DNA from: Vitrella brassicaformis CCMP3155
Taxonomy: Eukaryota > Protista > Chromerida
Direction of reading: 5' to 3'
Length of the DNA: 64,000 nt
Assembly (NCBI GenBank): GCA_001179505.1
Contig: CDMY01000520.1
Coordinates: 290,038-354,037, forward strand
The first letter of the stretch is position 1. Every line of letters begins with the position of its first letter. The position numbers and the translations under genes are program-made. Below, piece after piece: positions 1 to 12,159 of the stretch. The notes under the pieces were generated by a model. The model saw nothing but the letters and a program-made list of their open reading frames with translations, was not told where the DNA came from and did no database searches.

Positions 1-64
1 CAGTCACACACAGAGACAGAAGGGCAGGCTCTCATCTGTGTGTAACTCTCCTTGGTTCGCGCAG

Positions 65-3000
65 GTTTGTGGAGATTCGTGCTGGGGAGGAGGAGGCCGT
101 TCGTCTGCTGCCCTTTGCCATCCTCTTCTTCCTGTCGTTCATCCTGGCTGTTCTCTATCACGAGGACGTCTCACAAGTCTTCTCTGTCGAACAAACGTAC
201 TCACTCACGCAAATTAGCAGTACCACATTAGGAGTACTCCATGGTGACGGGCTGCTCTGCCGTCAGGATAGCGGATGGTGTGCGGCAGAGTGAGTTTGAA
301 AAGGGCAAGACACTTCTGCAAGTCACCACAGAAGGTACATGACGAATGGGAGACACGTCAATCTGTTTGTTAGTCTGTCTTTCGTCCATCGATCGTCTTG
401 TTTGTCTTCGCAGATCAGTTTTGGAAGTGGCTGTCCATCGGCATGATCAACACGCTCTTCAAGCAGACGGATGCCTTTGGCAACGTGCTGCCCGCCAACC
501 AGTGGGGCCGATACGAGCGATACAACCAAATCATCGGAGGTGAGACACGCACATATACAGTCCGCCTTCATTGATGGCGCCCAGACGGAGCAACCCGTTG
601 TGTCAGGTGTGAACCTCGTCCTCGAGCGCAGCAGCGTCAACAAATGCAAGAGAGACGAACTAGATCGGTGCGCGTACGGATTCAGAATAACCCTTGGTCG
701 CCATAGTATGTGCCAACGAAGGGTTCTCCTTCAGGTTGTTTGGGTGTTCGAATAGGACAGAATGCTGCCATGACGAGGGCACGAGAACGACAGGCAACTA
801 CTATAGCGCATCGCTGGTGCCCGACGTCTCGAGGGCATTCCCCAACATAGAAAAGGCAGAAGGGTTCAAAGTGAGCAGACATCATCCAGATGTGCATGTC
901 AGCCTCCGTTATCCTTCCCTTTTGCTCATGCAGGCTGATTCCGATGGTCGCTACGTGTTTTGGATGGACAGCAACAAGCCTTTGGAGGAGCTGAGGAACC
1001 GCATCATCTATCTCGCCGCAGGGCAGTGGGTTGATCTCTCAACCAAGGCGGTCACCGTGTCGACACTCATGTACAACGGCGAACTGGGTCTCTTCGCAAA
1101 ACTTGATGTCACATTCACAGTAAAGGCCACTCCAATCAATTGTCACCTCCACGAAAGTACCTATTGACTCTTGTTGGTTGAACAGTTCTTCCGTGGCGGT
1201 AGCGTGCAGCCACAGATTGACCTCGACACAGTGCAGGTCAGTGAGCATTCCATCCCATATCATTCGCTCGTCGCATTCGCATGTCTGTCCAGTCTGATCC
1301 CTACAAGGCCCGGCCGTGGATGATCGCCCTCGACGTCCTTTTCCTCGCCTGCTTCATGACATGTGCGGTGTCGGTATTCCGCAGCCTGTGGGCCATCATG
1401 CAGGTGCACGGCAGGCAAAAGGGATTCAAAGTCCTCTGTTGCGATTTCTGGTGAGGAGGATCAATGCTGACTCGGAATGCTCGCATGTGCATTTCTGTGC
1501 CTTGGCGATTGCAGGAACTGGGTGGACTGGCTGACGATTGGTCTTGGTGTGGCGTACATTGCCACTTGGATCACGTGTGTGGTGACGGACCAGGCGGCCA
1601 CCAATGTGCTGGTGGAGCTCAGCCGCACATACAAGGAAGTCGGCATCGGCAGCAGCAAATATGAACACAAGCTCAGCGACGCACAAGACAAACTCCAGGT
1701 GGGTCACCTCGGTGCAGCAATCCACTCGCGAATACATGCTGTCCCTCTTTTGTGCTTTGCATCGCGTGCAGGATCTGGTCAACGTTTACCTGGAGCATCG
1801 GACGGTGACGGCCTTCATGTCTCTGCTCATGGGTGTGCGATTCTTCCATGCATTCCGCAAGCAGCCGATGCTCAGTGTCGTGACCAAGACGCTCTCGGCG
1901 TCGATGAAAGACCTCTTCCACTTTGCCATCGTCTTCTTCTGTGCGCCAAGCCAAACCACACAGGGCGCCTCAAACGTGCGTTCATCGATCGTCTTTGCTG
2001 TTCATTATCCATTCTGTATAGGTATCTTCTTCTCGTGAGTGGCAGAGACATGAATCGCTGCCAGCGGCAAGAGACGCGGCGAGTCGCTTTCGCTGTTGTG
2101 TATTCTTTTGCCAGGCTGTCGTTCAGCGGTATGCTAACGTTCGGCCACAAAGTGCTGTACTTCAACACCTTCAACCAGGCCATGACCTCATCCTTCCTCG
2201 TAAGGACGTCACGTCAGCCACAGACATGCACGTGATGCTCATCGATCCCATTGTTGCGGTGATGTCAGTTGATGATGGGATGGTGGCAGTGGGAGTGGCT
2301 GCGCGGCGTGGAGGCCGAGAGCACCACCATGATGTTCATAGCGATCTTCTACGTCATCGTGCGGCTGATGATGGTGAACATTCTGCTCGCCATTATTATC
2401 GAGTCGTACTTCAGGGTCAGATCCAAGGTGGCCGAGGAGTACACCCTGTGGAATTCTGCCATGTCTCTCGTTCGGTGAGCATGCGTCGGCTCTGCATAGA
2501 TGTGTATCTGTGCCTGTGTGTGTGTGTGTGTGTGTGTGTTGTGCGCAGTCGCTTTTGGCGGAAGCACATGTCTCACATCAAGATGGAGCGCCTCTTCGGC
2601 AAATATGACGAGGAACTGCCCGAGGAGATCAATTTTTTTCATATATCGCAAGTGTGGCGGAACGCACCATCGACACAGCACATCCGCGCACAAACTCCAC
2701 GAGACCCTCTGCTCTTTTCTTTTATTCTTTGGCACTCGATGGTCTCTCCTCTCTTTTCCTCTTCCGCAGAGACCACGAGACCCGCAGAGCGTGACGGATG
2801 GTGGGTGCTGTGCTCCATGCAAGTCTAAGCCTCTGTCTACTTACTTTATGTGCGTGTGTCATCCATGCATCCATCCACAGAGCGTCGGCCCAGCCTGACA
2901 TCGCTGGCCAATGCGGGCCAGGTGGCCGGCAACCGGCGTGTGTCGACCGAAATGTTTTACTGGCAGCAGAAGCAGGCCGTCGCTGGCCAGGCCAACATCA

Positions 3001-4005
3001 ACCCAGAGGACGCCGAGCTCAAGATACCCTCTCCTGTGCCACCAGAACAGGCCATGGAAATACTCAATGGGTGAGAGGCCACGGGAGAGAGGAGGACATG
3101 TGATTGTCGACTCGTGTGTCGTGTATTTGGCTTTTCAGAACCGTCAAGTGGACTCACCACATCGATTCGCAGACCAACCTGACGGTGTCGGAGGCCCTCG
3201 TGATGTTCGGCTACAACCACACGCTTGTCATGAATGTGCAGGTCCGTAGCAAGCAACGCATCGATTCAACACTCCAACACGCAGAATCTTCTCGCCTTGC
3301 ATGATGTGTCATCCATGAGCCCGACAGAACTCCGTGGGCTTCTTGCTGGCTCGGCTTGAGGCGCTGCGTGTGGGGCTGGGCGTCTCGCCCAGCCACCTCG
3401 ACACACAGGCCGACCGCGCACACACCATGCTCACACTCCCCAGCACCATCGCGGGCAAGTTTGCCGCCATCGAAGAGGGACGAGAAGAGGATGCTGTCAC
3501 GCCCATGGCAGCAGCTGCTGCTGCAGTTCCAGCTATGGTGGCAGAGGACCTGCTGTTGAGTGCCATTGCATCCCTTCCTGACGTGCAGCAGCGGCCTCTG
3601 ATGGACAAATACCACCGTGGCGAGCTTGATGGCCTCAAACAGACGCTCGACAGCATTCCCGCAGACAAGAGACACGGCTTCGCGCAGGGCGCCGTGGCGA
3701 CACTGGCGAGTGTCGCCGAGGAGACATTTCACGTGGACCACCAGCCACCGGTCAGGCTGCACCACGAGTTCGAACATCGCTCTTCCGCCCCTGCCTCGCC
3801 CGTATACGTGATGCGGACCGAGATTGCTGGCCGGTTTGGGAGCACGTTTGCGGCACAGCGCAGCGACTCGTGGGTGTGTGACGACGCGGTGAGTGAGGAC
3901 CTGCTGGACGGAACTGCCGTCGATTTCATGACCAGCATCTACCTTGACGCCTCCAACATGCCGGCCACAGCCAGCCAGAGGGGCAAGAGGCCCAGTATGG
4001 TATAG
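65..4005 (+). CDS. Polycystin-2 (PKD2/TRPP)-like cation channel, multi-exon; 5' end lies before the window, 3' end uncertain (may extend to about 4545)
   Basis: Spliced exons give a TM1-like segment (LLPFAILFFLSFILAVLY), an extracellular domain (YNQIIGGVNLVLERS; WVDLSTKAVTVSTLMYNGELGLFAKLDVTF), S4-S5 (AFMSLLMGVRFFHAFRKQPMLSVVTKTLSASMKDLFHFAIVFF), a pore helix (FGHKVLYFNTFNQAMTSSF) and S6 (FIAIFYVIVRLMMVNILLAIIIESY). This order matches PKD2-type channels. Confidence 0.75.
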
Positions 4006-4655
4006 GGAGGGGGGCCATGAATGTGACAATGCCTGTATGTTGATCGCATTTATGACGGGTCTCTGAGGCCATGCTGTGGCCGTGGGTGTGCATGTGCCTC
4101 GTGTGTGTTGTGTGTCGATGTGGATTTTTGTCCCTGTCTTGTGGGATTGAGACATACCGGCACTCATGATAGGATAAGACATCGTGTGTGGCTTGTGCGG
4201 ACGGACAAACAGACACATGTTTTTCATGGATGTCACTCAAGTGGGCATTTATCATGTGTTCTCGCGCCGTCGACACACTCGGCGGAAGGGGACATATCGG
4301 TGGAGAGCACCATATCCCGAACAAACCGTCAAATGTCTCAGCGGCAACCCCTCCCGTCTGCTGTATGCAGTTTGTGCGGCTGTGGTGCCATTCCATCTCA
4401 CGTCGAACACAGAGATGTTTGAAGTGCCATCCGACACGGTGACGGCGCTTCAAGCATCAAAATGCCCAACATGAGAGGCGACGGCCCAGCAGACAGGATC
4501 GAGTCGACAGACTCAATCCAAACCCTCTCCCGTCAGTCAGTCAGTAGCATATCACGTGACACAAAAAAGTCAAGACTGACGATTGACAAGCCGACACACA
4601 GCTAGCTCTTTCCACATGGCTCCGCTGCAACACCCCACAACGGACGTCTTTCCTT

Positions 4656-5159
4656 TCATCCCCTCCTGACATTGGTAGGTGCGTCGGGTAGTCCCCTCGC
4701 TTCTCGCTCCTTGATGAATGCCGTGTAGCGCGCTTTGCTCTTGCCGTAGTTCTTGTGGAAGACAAAGGGGAAGGACAGAATCATCCCCATGGCCGCCAGC
4801 AGCACGCTGCCCGCCAGCATCGGCCCAAACCTCGCCATGAACTGCTTGTCCACCGGCCGCTCCCCCCTCGCAATGCCCATGCGAAAGCCGCTGCCGGGGT
4901 AGAAGCTCCACTTGGGGTTGTCGAATTGGAAGGAAGTCGGCGGCTTCTCGAAAAACATCTTGTACTGCGCCTTCTGACCCGCCTTGACCGCATAGTCAGC
5001 CGCCTTGTGCGCCGCCTCAGCAGCCCTCCTGCCGGCCTCCGACTTGGCGAACTCGTCTGCCTTCTGCTTCATCCGGCGGCCCTCTGGCGATGACAGCAGC
5101 CGGTTGACATAGGGCTGCACAATGTCCCGCAGCCGCTGGGCGTACCTCCGCCACTCCAT
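4656..5159 (-). CDS. Hypothetical 167-aa intronless single-pass membrane protein
   Basis: Clean ATG-to-stop ORF with G/C-ending codon bias and one hydrophobic segment (MLAGSVLLAAMGMILSFPFVF). Head-to-head with SF3B1. Confidence 0.7.
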   Translation of the reverse strand: MEWRRYAQRLRDIVQPYVNRLLSSPEGRRMKQKADEFAKSEAGRRAAEAAHKAADYAVKAGQKAQYKMFFEKPPTSFQFDNPKWSFYPGSGFRMGIARGERPVDKQFMARFGPMLAGSVLLAAMGMILSFPFVFHKNYGKSKARYTAFIKEREARGLPDAPTNVRRG

Positions 5160-5491
5160 CCTGCTGATTGCGCCGTGAAGAAAGATCGGTCAGCTGAGAA
5201 CAGGAAATAGCTCCATTCTGCTCTCAGCCGTCGCGTATGCAGTGAGGACGGTGCAGGATACTGCCCGTGAGAGATTGGCCATTCTAAGCTCGCAGTCAAG
5301 CTCGCAATCGTGAGATGACCCTTTCCCCTCTTCTGTGTGAGCTGAGAGCTGGTGTCATCGTTGCATGTGATTGAGTCGCGCGGCATGACGTCGATGTGAC
5401 CGACGCCAGCAGAAAGCCGCATTCTTGTTGAGCAGTTGTCAGCTGGTTTGGTGTGACGCTGAGAGGCTGAGAAATCCCATCGGTCATCACC
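5160..5491. promoter_or_regulatory. Putative bidirectional promoter between the 167-aa gene and SF3B1
   Basis: 332 bp between divergent start codons; contains AAGCTCGCA twice (5286-5294, 5298-5306). Confidence 0.5.
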
Positions 5492-8400
5492 ATGGAGAAC
5501 GGATCCGACGAGACACGCGCAAAGCAACAACGAGGTGAGCACAGCACAACACCCACCACGCAGCCACGCAGACGATCCACAGTACACGATAGACAGACAT
5601 CAACACTCACATATATCGCATCGAGTGTGCCCTCTGTTGATCTATCTGATCTGGTCACTAACAGGCCTGGTGGGTCTGTCGGACAAGCCGTCGGGAGCGT
5701 TTGACCAGGAGCTCTACGGGGGTGCCGACGCACTGGGGCAGTATGTGACTGAGCTGCCGACTGAGGAGGAGGCGGCGAACCTCGATCGGCAGCAGGAGCT
5801 GACAACGCTGGGAGGCACGGCTGGCCGTGCTCCATCGAGGCCGCAGAAGTTCGCATTCACCGCTCCCAAGGACGTGCTGAACGAAGTGGCCCAGCAGGAC
5901 GCACCCGACCCTTTCGCGGTCAGAGAGAGAGGCACATACAGATGGAGAGAGAGAGAGATGCGGAAGTGTCATCTGTGTGCCCGTGTGTGTGCGTGTGTGT
6001 GTGTGTGTGTGATGCTCGCGTCATCAGGAGCACCAGAAGGACAAGACCATTGCGGGTCGTGAGGACAGCTACCGCAGCAGATGGCGGCAGCAGATGCTCT
6101 CGCCCGAGAGGGCCGACCCGTTCGCCAGCCAGACGCCCGGACCGGAGACCAGATCCTACACGGTACTAACGCTGAGAAATGTCAGTCGACGCGAGGCGTG
6201 TCTGTATGCACACGCGTGTGTCTGTGTGTGTGTATGTGTTTGGTTGTGTTTGCAGGATGTGATGAAGGAGCAGCAGCTCGACAAGGAGAAGGGCGAGCTC
6301 ATTCGCAAGATACAACAGAAGAAAAGAGTCAGTCGTCCCCACACCACCCGCCAAAACTCATGCACCTCCACATCGAAACCTTCCTTGTTTCTATCTCAGG
6401 ATGAGGACAGCCGTGTGGACGGTGAGGCATCAGGTGCAGCAGCGCTCCCGGCTCCCCCCAAGAAGGACGGCGAGAAGAAGCGTCGCAGGTGGGACCAGCC
6501 GGCCGCCGACGAGCCCAGGGCCAAGGCCTCAAAGGCCAACGGCGTGGGGTCGCGCACACATGGTGCGTCGGAGTGGGACATCAGCGAGGCATCGGTGGAG
6601 CACAGCAGATGGGACACTCCCGTCAGGGGAGAGGTCACCATGGGCGATGAGGGGGCTGGCGCGTCCAGCTGGGACCAGGCAGTGGTGTCTGCGCCCAAGC
6701 CGTCAGCTGCCGTACTGGGAGAGACACCCACACCCGGGAGGTACCCCAACCCGATCCCACAAAGACCACATCCATTCATTGAACCATTCAAACATGTGTC
6801 TGTCGACGTTTCTGGCTGTCTGTGGGTCAGGTGGGACGAGACCCCCGCGCCGGGCGCCACTCCCGGCCGGCGTCGATCGAGATGGGACGAGACGCCTGTG
6901 GGGTCCTCGGGCATGGCTACGCCAGGCCCGTCGGCCACTCCGGGTGCCATGGGGATGGGGATGGCCACCCCAGGCGCCACGCCATTCGGGGGCACTCCGG
7001 GAGCCACACCACTGGTCAGTCAGTGTGAGCAAAGGAAGACACAGAGAGAACAAGTGGTGAATGTGTGTATGGGTGTGTGTGTGGCTTGATCAGGGTATGT
7101 CTGGCATGATGACGCCCATGACGCCGCTGACGTCGCTGACCCCTGACCAACTCGCTGCCATGAGGTGAGTCAGCCAGGGGGTGAGTGAGGCAAAGGCCCA
7201 CTCACCATACCATCCGTGCACACATCGATCTGCGTGTGTCATGGTCTCACGTCAGGATCACGCGCGAGATCGACGAGCGCAACCGCCCCATGACGGACGA
7301 GGAGCTCGAGGCCATCTTCCCCCCAGAGGGATACGAGCTCGTCAAGCCGCCCGCCAGCTATCAGCCCCTGCCGAGGGCCAAGGTGACCGCCACGCCCACG
7401 CCATTCGGCGCCACACCGCTCTACTCCATCCCTGACGAAATCAACGCCGTCAAAGCGCAGGAGGTGCCTGAGACAGACAGACAGACAGACAGACGATCCA
7501 CGTGGCTGTGTGACCGTCTCTTCTGTCTGTCTGCGTGTGTGTGTGTGCAGATCCCCGGCACGCCCTCATCGAGAGGAGAGGGCGACCTGCCGATGATGCG
7601 GCCGGAGGACTACCAGTACTTCGGCAAGCTAATGGAGGTGTCCGACGAGGCGGAGGCCGACCTCTCCCCTGAGGAGGCCAAGGAACACGAGATCATGAAG
7701 CTGCTCCTGAAGATCAAGAACGGCACCCCCCCAATGCGCAAGACGGCCCTGCGGACCATCACCGAGAAGGCGCGATACTTCGGGGCGGGGCCGCTGTGCA
7801 ACCAGATTTTGCCGCTGATGATGAGCAGCACCCTCGAGGACCAGGAGAGGCACCTGCTGGTCAAGGTCATCGATCGCATCCTCTACAAGCTTGACGACCT
7901 CATCAGGCCCTACGTGCACAAGGTGAGCCTGTCCCCCCCTCCACCCCACACGCACACACAAGATGTCCATTCCTTGTGTGGCTGGCTTGCAGATTTTGGT
8001 GGTGATAGAGCCGTTGCTGATTGACGAGGACTACTACGCCCGTGTGGAGGGCCGCGAGATCATCAGCAACCTCGCCAAGGCCGCCGGGCTGGCCACCATG
8101 ATCGCCACCATGCGGCCAGACATCGACCACCAGGACGAGTACGTCCGCAACACCACTGCTAGGGCGTTTGCCGTGGTGGCCTCTGCACTGGGCATACCCT
8201 GCATCATCCCCTTCCTTAAGGCGGTCTGTGGGAGCACCAAGAGCTGGCAGGCGCGACACACGGGCATCAAGATCGTCCAGCAGATCGCCATACTGATGGG
8301 GTGTGCCGTGCTGCCGCATCTGAAGCCGCTTGTCGACACCATCCTGCTGGGCCTCACTGACGAGCAGCAGAAGGTACGTCACACACACACACACACACAC

Positions 8401-10510
8401 ACAGAGAGAGAGAGGGAGAGGGAGAGAGAGAGGGAGGGCGAGAGAGACCCCACCTTTCACACACACGTGTGAGCATGTGAGTGTGTGTGGGTGGGTGTGC
8501 GAATCTGTCAGGTGCGCACTATCACGGCGCTGGCATTGGCGGCGTTGGCTGAGGCGGCCACGCCTTACGGCATTGAGGCCTTCGATGCGGCGCTCAAGCC
8601 GCTGTGGCGCGGCATCTGCGAGCACAGGGGCAAGGGACTCGCCGCTTTCTTGAAGGCCATCGGGTGAGATGACACACACACACTCGGACGGACGGACGGC
8701 CTGATGGGCCACATGTGTGCATTCATTTGTTGTGGTATATATATGTCAGTTACATCATTCCCTTGATGGATGCCGAGCATGCCAACTACTTCACGCGAGA
8801 GGTCATGGTCATCCTCATCAGGGAGTTCCAGACACCTGACGAGGAAATGAAGAAAATCGTTCTCAAGGTACCTTTGCCCCTCCCAGCCACAGAGAGAGAG
8901 AGAGAGCGAGAGAGTGATGGCTCCCATGTCCTCTCTCTGTGTCCGCCTGTGTGGCTGCACTGCAGGTGGTGAAGCAGTGTGTGGCGACTGAGGGTGTGGA
9001 GGCGCAGTACATCCGCGAGGAGATCCTGCCCCACTTCTTCAAGAACTTCTGGGTCGTCAGGATGGCACTCGACAAACGCAACTACAGACAACTCGTCGAC
9101 ACCACCGTAGAGATCGCCAACAAGGTCTGTCTGTCAGCCACACACACACCCAACACACACACAAGAGGCATCGCCGGCTCTCTCTCTCTCTCTCTCTCTC
9201 TCTGTCTGTGCAACAAACAGGTCGGCGGTTCCGAGATCGTGACTCGTGTGGTGGAGGATTTGAAGGATCCCTCAGAGCCGTACCGCAAGATGGTGGTAGA
9301 GACCATCGAGAAGGTCCTCACCAACCTGGGAGTTGCCGACATCGACGTCAGGCTCGAGGAACAACTCATCGACGGCATTGTATACGCCTTCCAGGAGCAG
9401 GTGGCACGACCCCCCTCCACCCCCTCCCCCTCTGAACCCCTTTCTCTCTCTCACACACACAGACACTGACCTCTTTGCTCTGCGTGTGTAATGCAGTCAT
9501 CTGAGGATACCAAAGTGATGCTGGACGGCTTCGGCACGATAGTCAACTGCCTGGGGAAGCGCGTCAAGCCGTACCTGCCGCAGATCTGCGGTATGATCCG
9601 GTGGCGGCTCAACACGCCCTCGGCCAAGGTGCGGCAGCAGGCCGCCGACGTGGTGGCGCGCATCGCTGTGGTCATGAAACACTGCGGCGAGGAGCAGATG
9701 CTCGGACACCTGGGGCTCTACCTCTACGAATACCTCGGCGAAGAATACCCAGAGGTCAGACCACCACACACACACACACACACACACACGTGTGTGTTTG
9801 CCTTGCAGGTGCTCGGGTCGATCCTCGGTGCGTTGAAGGCGATCGTCAATGTGGTGGGCATGCAGAAGATGTCCCCGCCCATCAAGGACCTGCTGCCGCG
9901 GCTGACGCCCATCCTCAAGAATCGCCACGAGAAGGTGCAGGAGAACTGCATCGACCTCGTGGGCCGCATCGCTGACAGGGGGGCCGAGCTCGTCAGCACC
10001 AAGGAGTGGGACAGGATCTGCTTCGACCTTCTGGAACTGCTCAAGGTGAGAGAGCCACACAAACAAAGACAGACAGACAGACAGGGAGGGAGGGAGGGTG
10101 GAAGTGGTTGTGCCGGTGGTTGTGCTGTTCGTCAAGGCTCACAAGAAGGCGATTCGTCGTGCGACGGTCAATACGTTCGGGTACATCGCCAAGGCAGTCG
10201 GGCCGCAGGACGTCATCACCACACTGCTCAACAACCTACGAGTACACCCCCCACCCTCCCCTGCAGAAATCTCTCTCTGACGACCGACATGATCTGATCT
10301 CTGCAGGTGCAAGAGCGTCAGTTGCGGGTGTGCACGACTGTGGCCATCGCTATCGTGGCCGAGACGTGCGGCCCCTACACCGTGCTGCCCCATCTCATGA
10401 ACGAGTACCGCGTCCACGAGCTCAACGTCCAGAATGGCGTGCTCAAGTCGCTGTGCTTCATGTTCGAGTACATCGGAGAGCTCGGCAAGGTCAGCCTGGG
10501 CGCGGTGCCG

Positions 10511-10546
<36 letters not shown>

Positions 10547-11235
10547 GGAGAGTGCATGTGTGGTGTGTTGTGTTGTGTTGTGTTGTTTGGGGCTGTGCTG
10601 TGTGTTGGGTGCGGCGATGGCAGGATTATATATACCCCATCTGTGGTCTGCTCGAGGACGCGCTGCTCGACCGTGACCTGGTCCACAGACAGACCGCCTC
10701 GTGGACGTGCAAACATCTCGCCCTGGGGGTACGCCCCCACTCACATACACACACACACAGACACACGAGTACCTGGATGTCTTCTCTCTCTGTGTGTCTA
10801 TGTGTGTGGTTTAGGTGCATGGTTTGAGTCGTGAGGACGCGTTGATCCACCTGATGAACCACGTGTGGCCGAATATTTTTGAGACGTCGCCGCACCTCAT
10901 CCAGGCCGTCATCGACGCCGTGGACGGCTTCAGGGTCTCAATCGGCCCGGGCATCGTACTGCAGTACCTGCTGCAGGGACTCTGGCACCCTGCCAGAAAG
11001 GCAGGCGGCTACACACACGGCACATCGCACAGACAGACACAGGGGTGTGTGTGTGTGTGTGTGGTGTTGTGGCGTGTGTCAGGTTCGCGAGACGTATTGG
11101 CGTCTGTATAACAACGTGTATATGGGCCACCAGGACGCACTCGTGTCCTTCTACCCAAATGTCCCACCCGAACCAAACAAGTCAGCACACAAAAACACAC
11201 CAACGCCTGTCAATGCCCCTCTCACATTTGGCTCG

Positions 11236-11268
<33 letters not shown>

Positions 11269-11315
11269 GTTCTCCCAGCGATTACACGCGCCACGAGCTG
11301 TGCGTGCTGCTGTGA
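5492..11315 (+). CDS. SF3B1: Splicing factor 3B subunit 1 (SAP155), many exons
   Basis: RWDETP ULM repeats, [92 protein letters not shown]|[39 protein letters not shown] and the C-terminus [15 protein letters not shown]-stop(11313-11315) are all collinear with SF3B1. Confidence 0.97.
5920..11278 (+). repeat. Intronic microsatellites (CA)n/(GA)n/(GACA)n at 5' ends and (GT)n/(CT)n/(TGTC)n at 3' ends; representative span in SF3B1, pattern is window-wide
   Basis: Directly visible in introns 7464-7550, 8374-8511, 9755-9808, 10729-10814 and 11001-11082, and in the same sense polarity in minus-strand genes. Confidence 0.9.
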
Positions 11316-12159
11316 GACGAGAGCTTCCAGAGAGAGAGAGGGAGGGAGGGAGGGAGGGAGAGAGGGAGTCAGTCAGCCCAGCCGTGTTGGTGGTGTGTTC
11401 GTGGTTTTGTGAGGGGTGAGCCCTGGCCGACGGGCGTCTCAATGTGTCGTCGAGCCGAGATCGGCTCCACAACGCCTTGTGTTGTCTGACGCCATGGGCC
11501 AGGACACGGATGCAAGGGCAGTCCGGGAGGGGAGGGATGGGGAGGGGGGAGTTTTAAGGAATGCACACTCCCAACACACACACAGCAACGGTTCAGACAG
11601 ACAGACAGACAGACAGACAGTGGTGAAGTGGGGGTGAAAAGGCATACGAGGGCTGATTGACGTCCGTCGTGGTGGGGTGTGGGGCTACTGACTGATTGAG
11701 AGAGAGTGCTGATTGAGACTGACTGGTTGCAGTGAAGCTGCGTGGCTGCTTGTTACTCGGTTGATGGTTCACTGACGTAAACACTGACGTAAACATGACG
11801 ACATGTATGCTGTGCCTGGACGGATGGATGTCTACATGTCTATCTAACTGCTTTGCTTCACGTGAATGAAGCGTCCTGGGATGATCTGATCATCATCATG
11901 ACAATCAAATGGAAACGCACCACAAACGGACACAAGCATGGCGTGACATGCCCACCCACCACACCTTGGAACCCAGACAGACACGCTACGCTACGCTACA
12001 CACGACAAACTCTATACTACACTGCCACACACACACACACATACACACGAACACACACACGATCACACACACGCACAGCCACCATCCCTCTGCCTACAAG
12101 TTGACACACCCTAATCTACTCTACTCGCGGCCCCCTACACACCCCGCCCTAACGGTCAC

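Noticed and set aside
4105-4545. Separate small gene downstream of the channel
   Set aside because: No convincing start; more likely extra 3' exons or UTR of the PKD2-like gene, unresolved.
5942-6404. Many short ORFs rich in CVCVCV, HTHTHT, RERERE, DRQTDRQ or LSLSLS (here and throughout)
   Set aside because: Translations of intronic microsatellites, not proteins.
11770-11793. Direct repeat CACTGACGTAAA x2 containing a TGACGT core
   Set aside because: Lies between convergent 3' ends; a single short duplication with no support for function.
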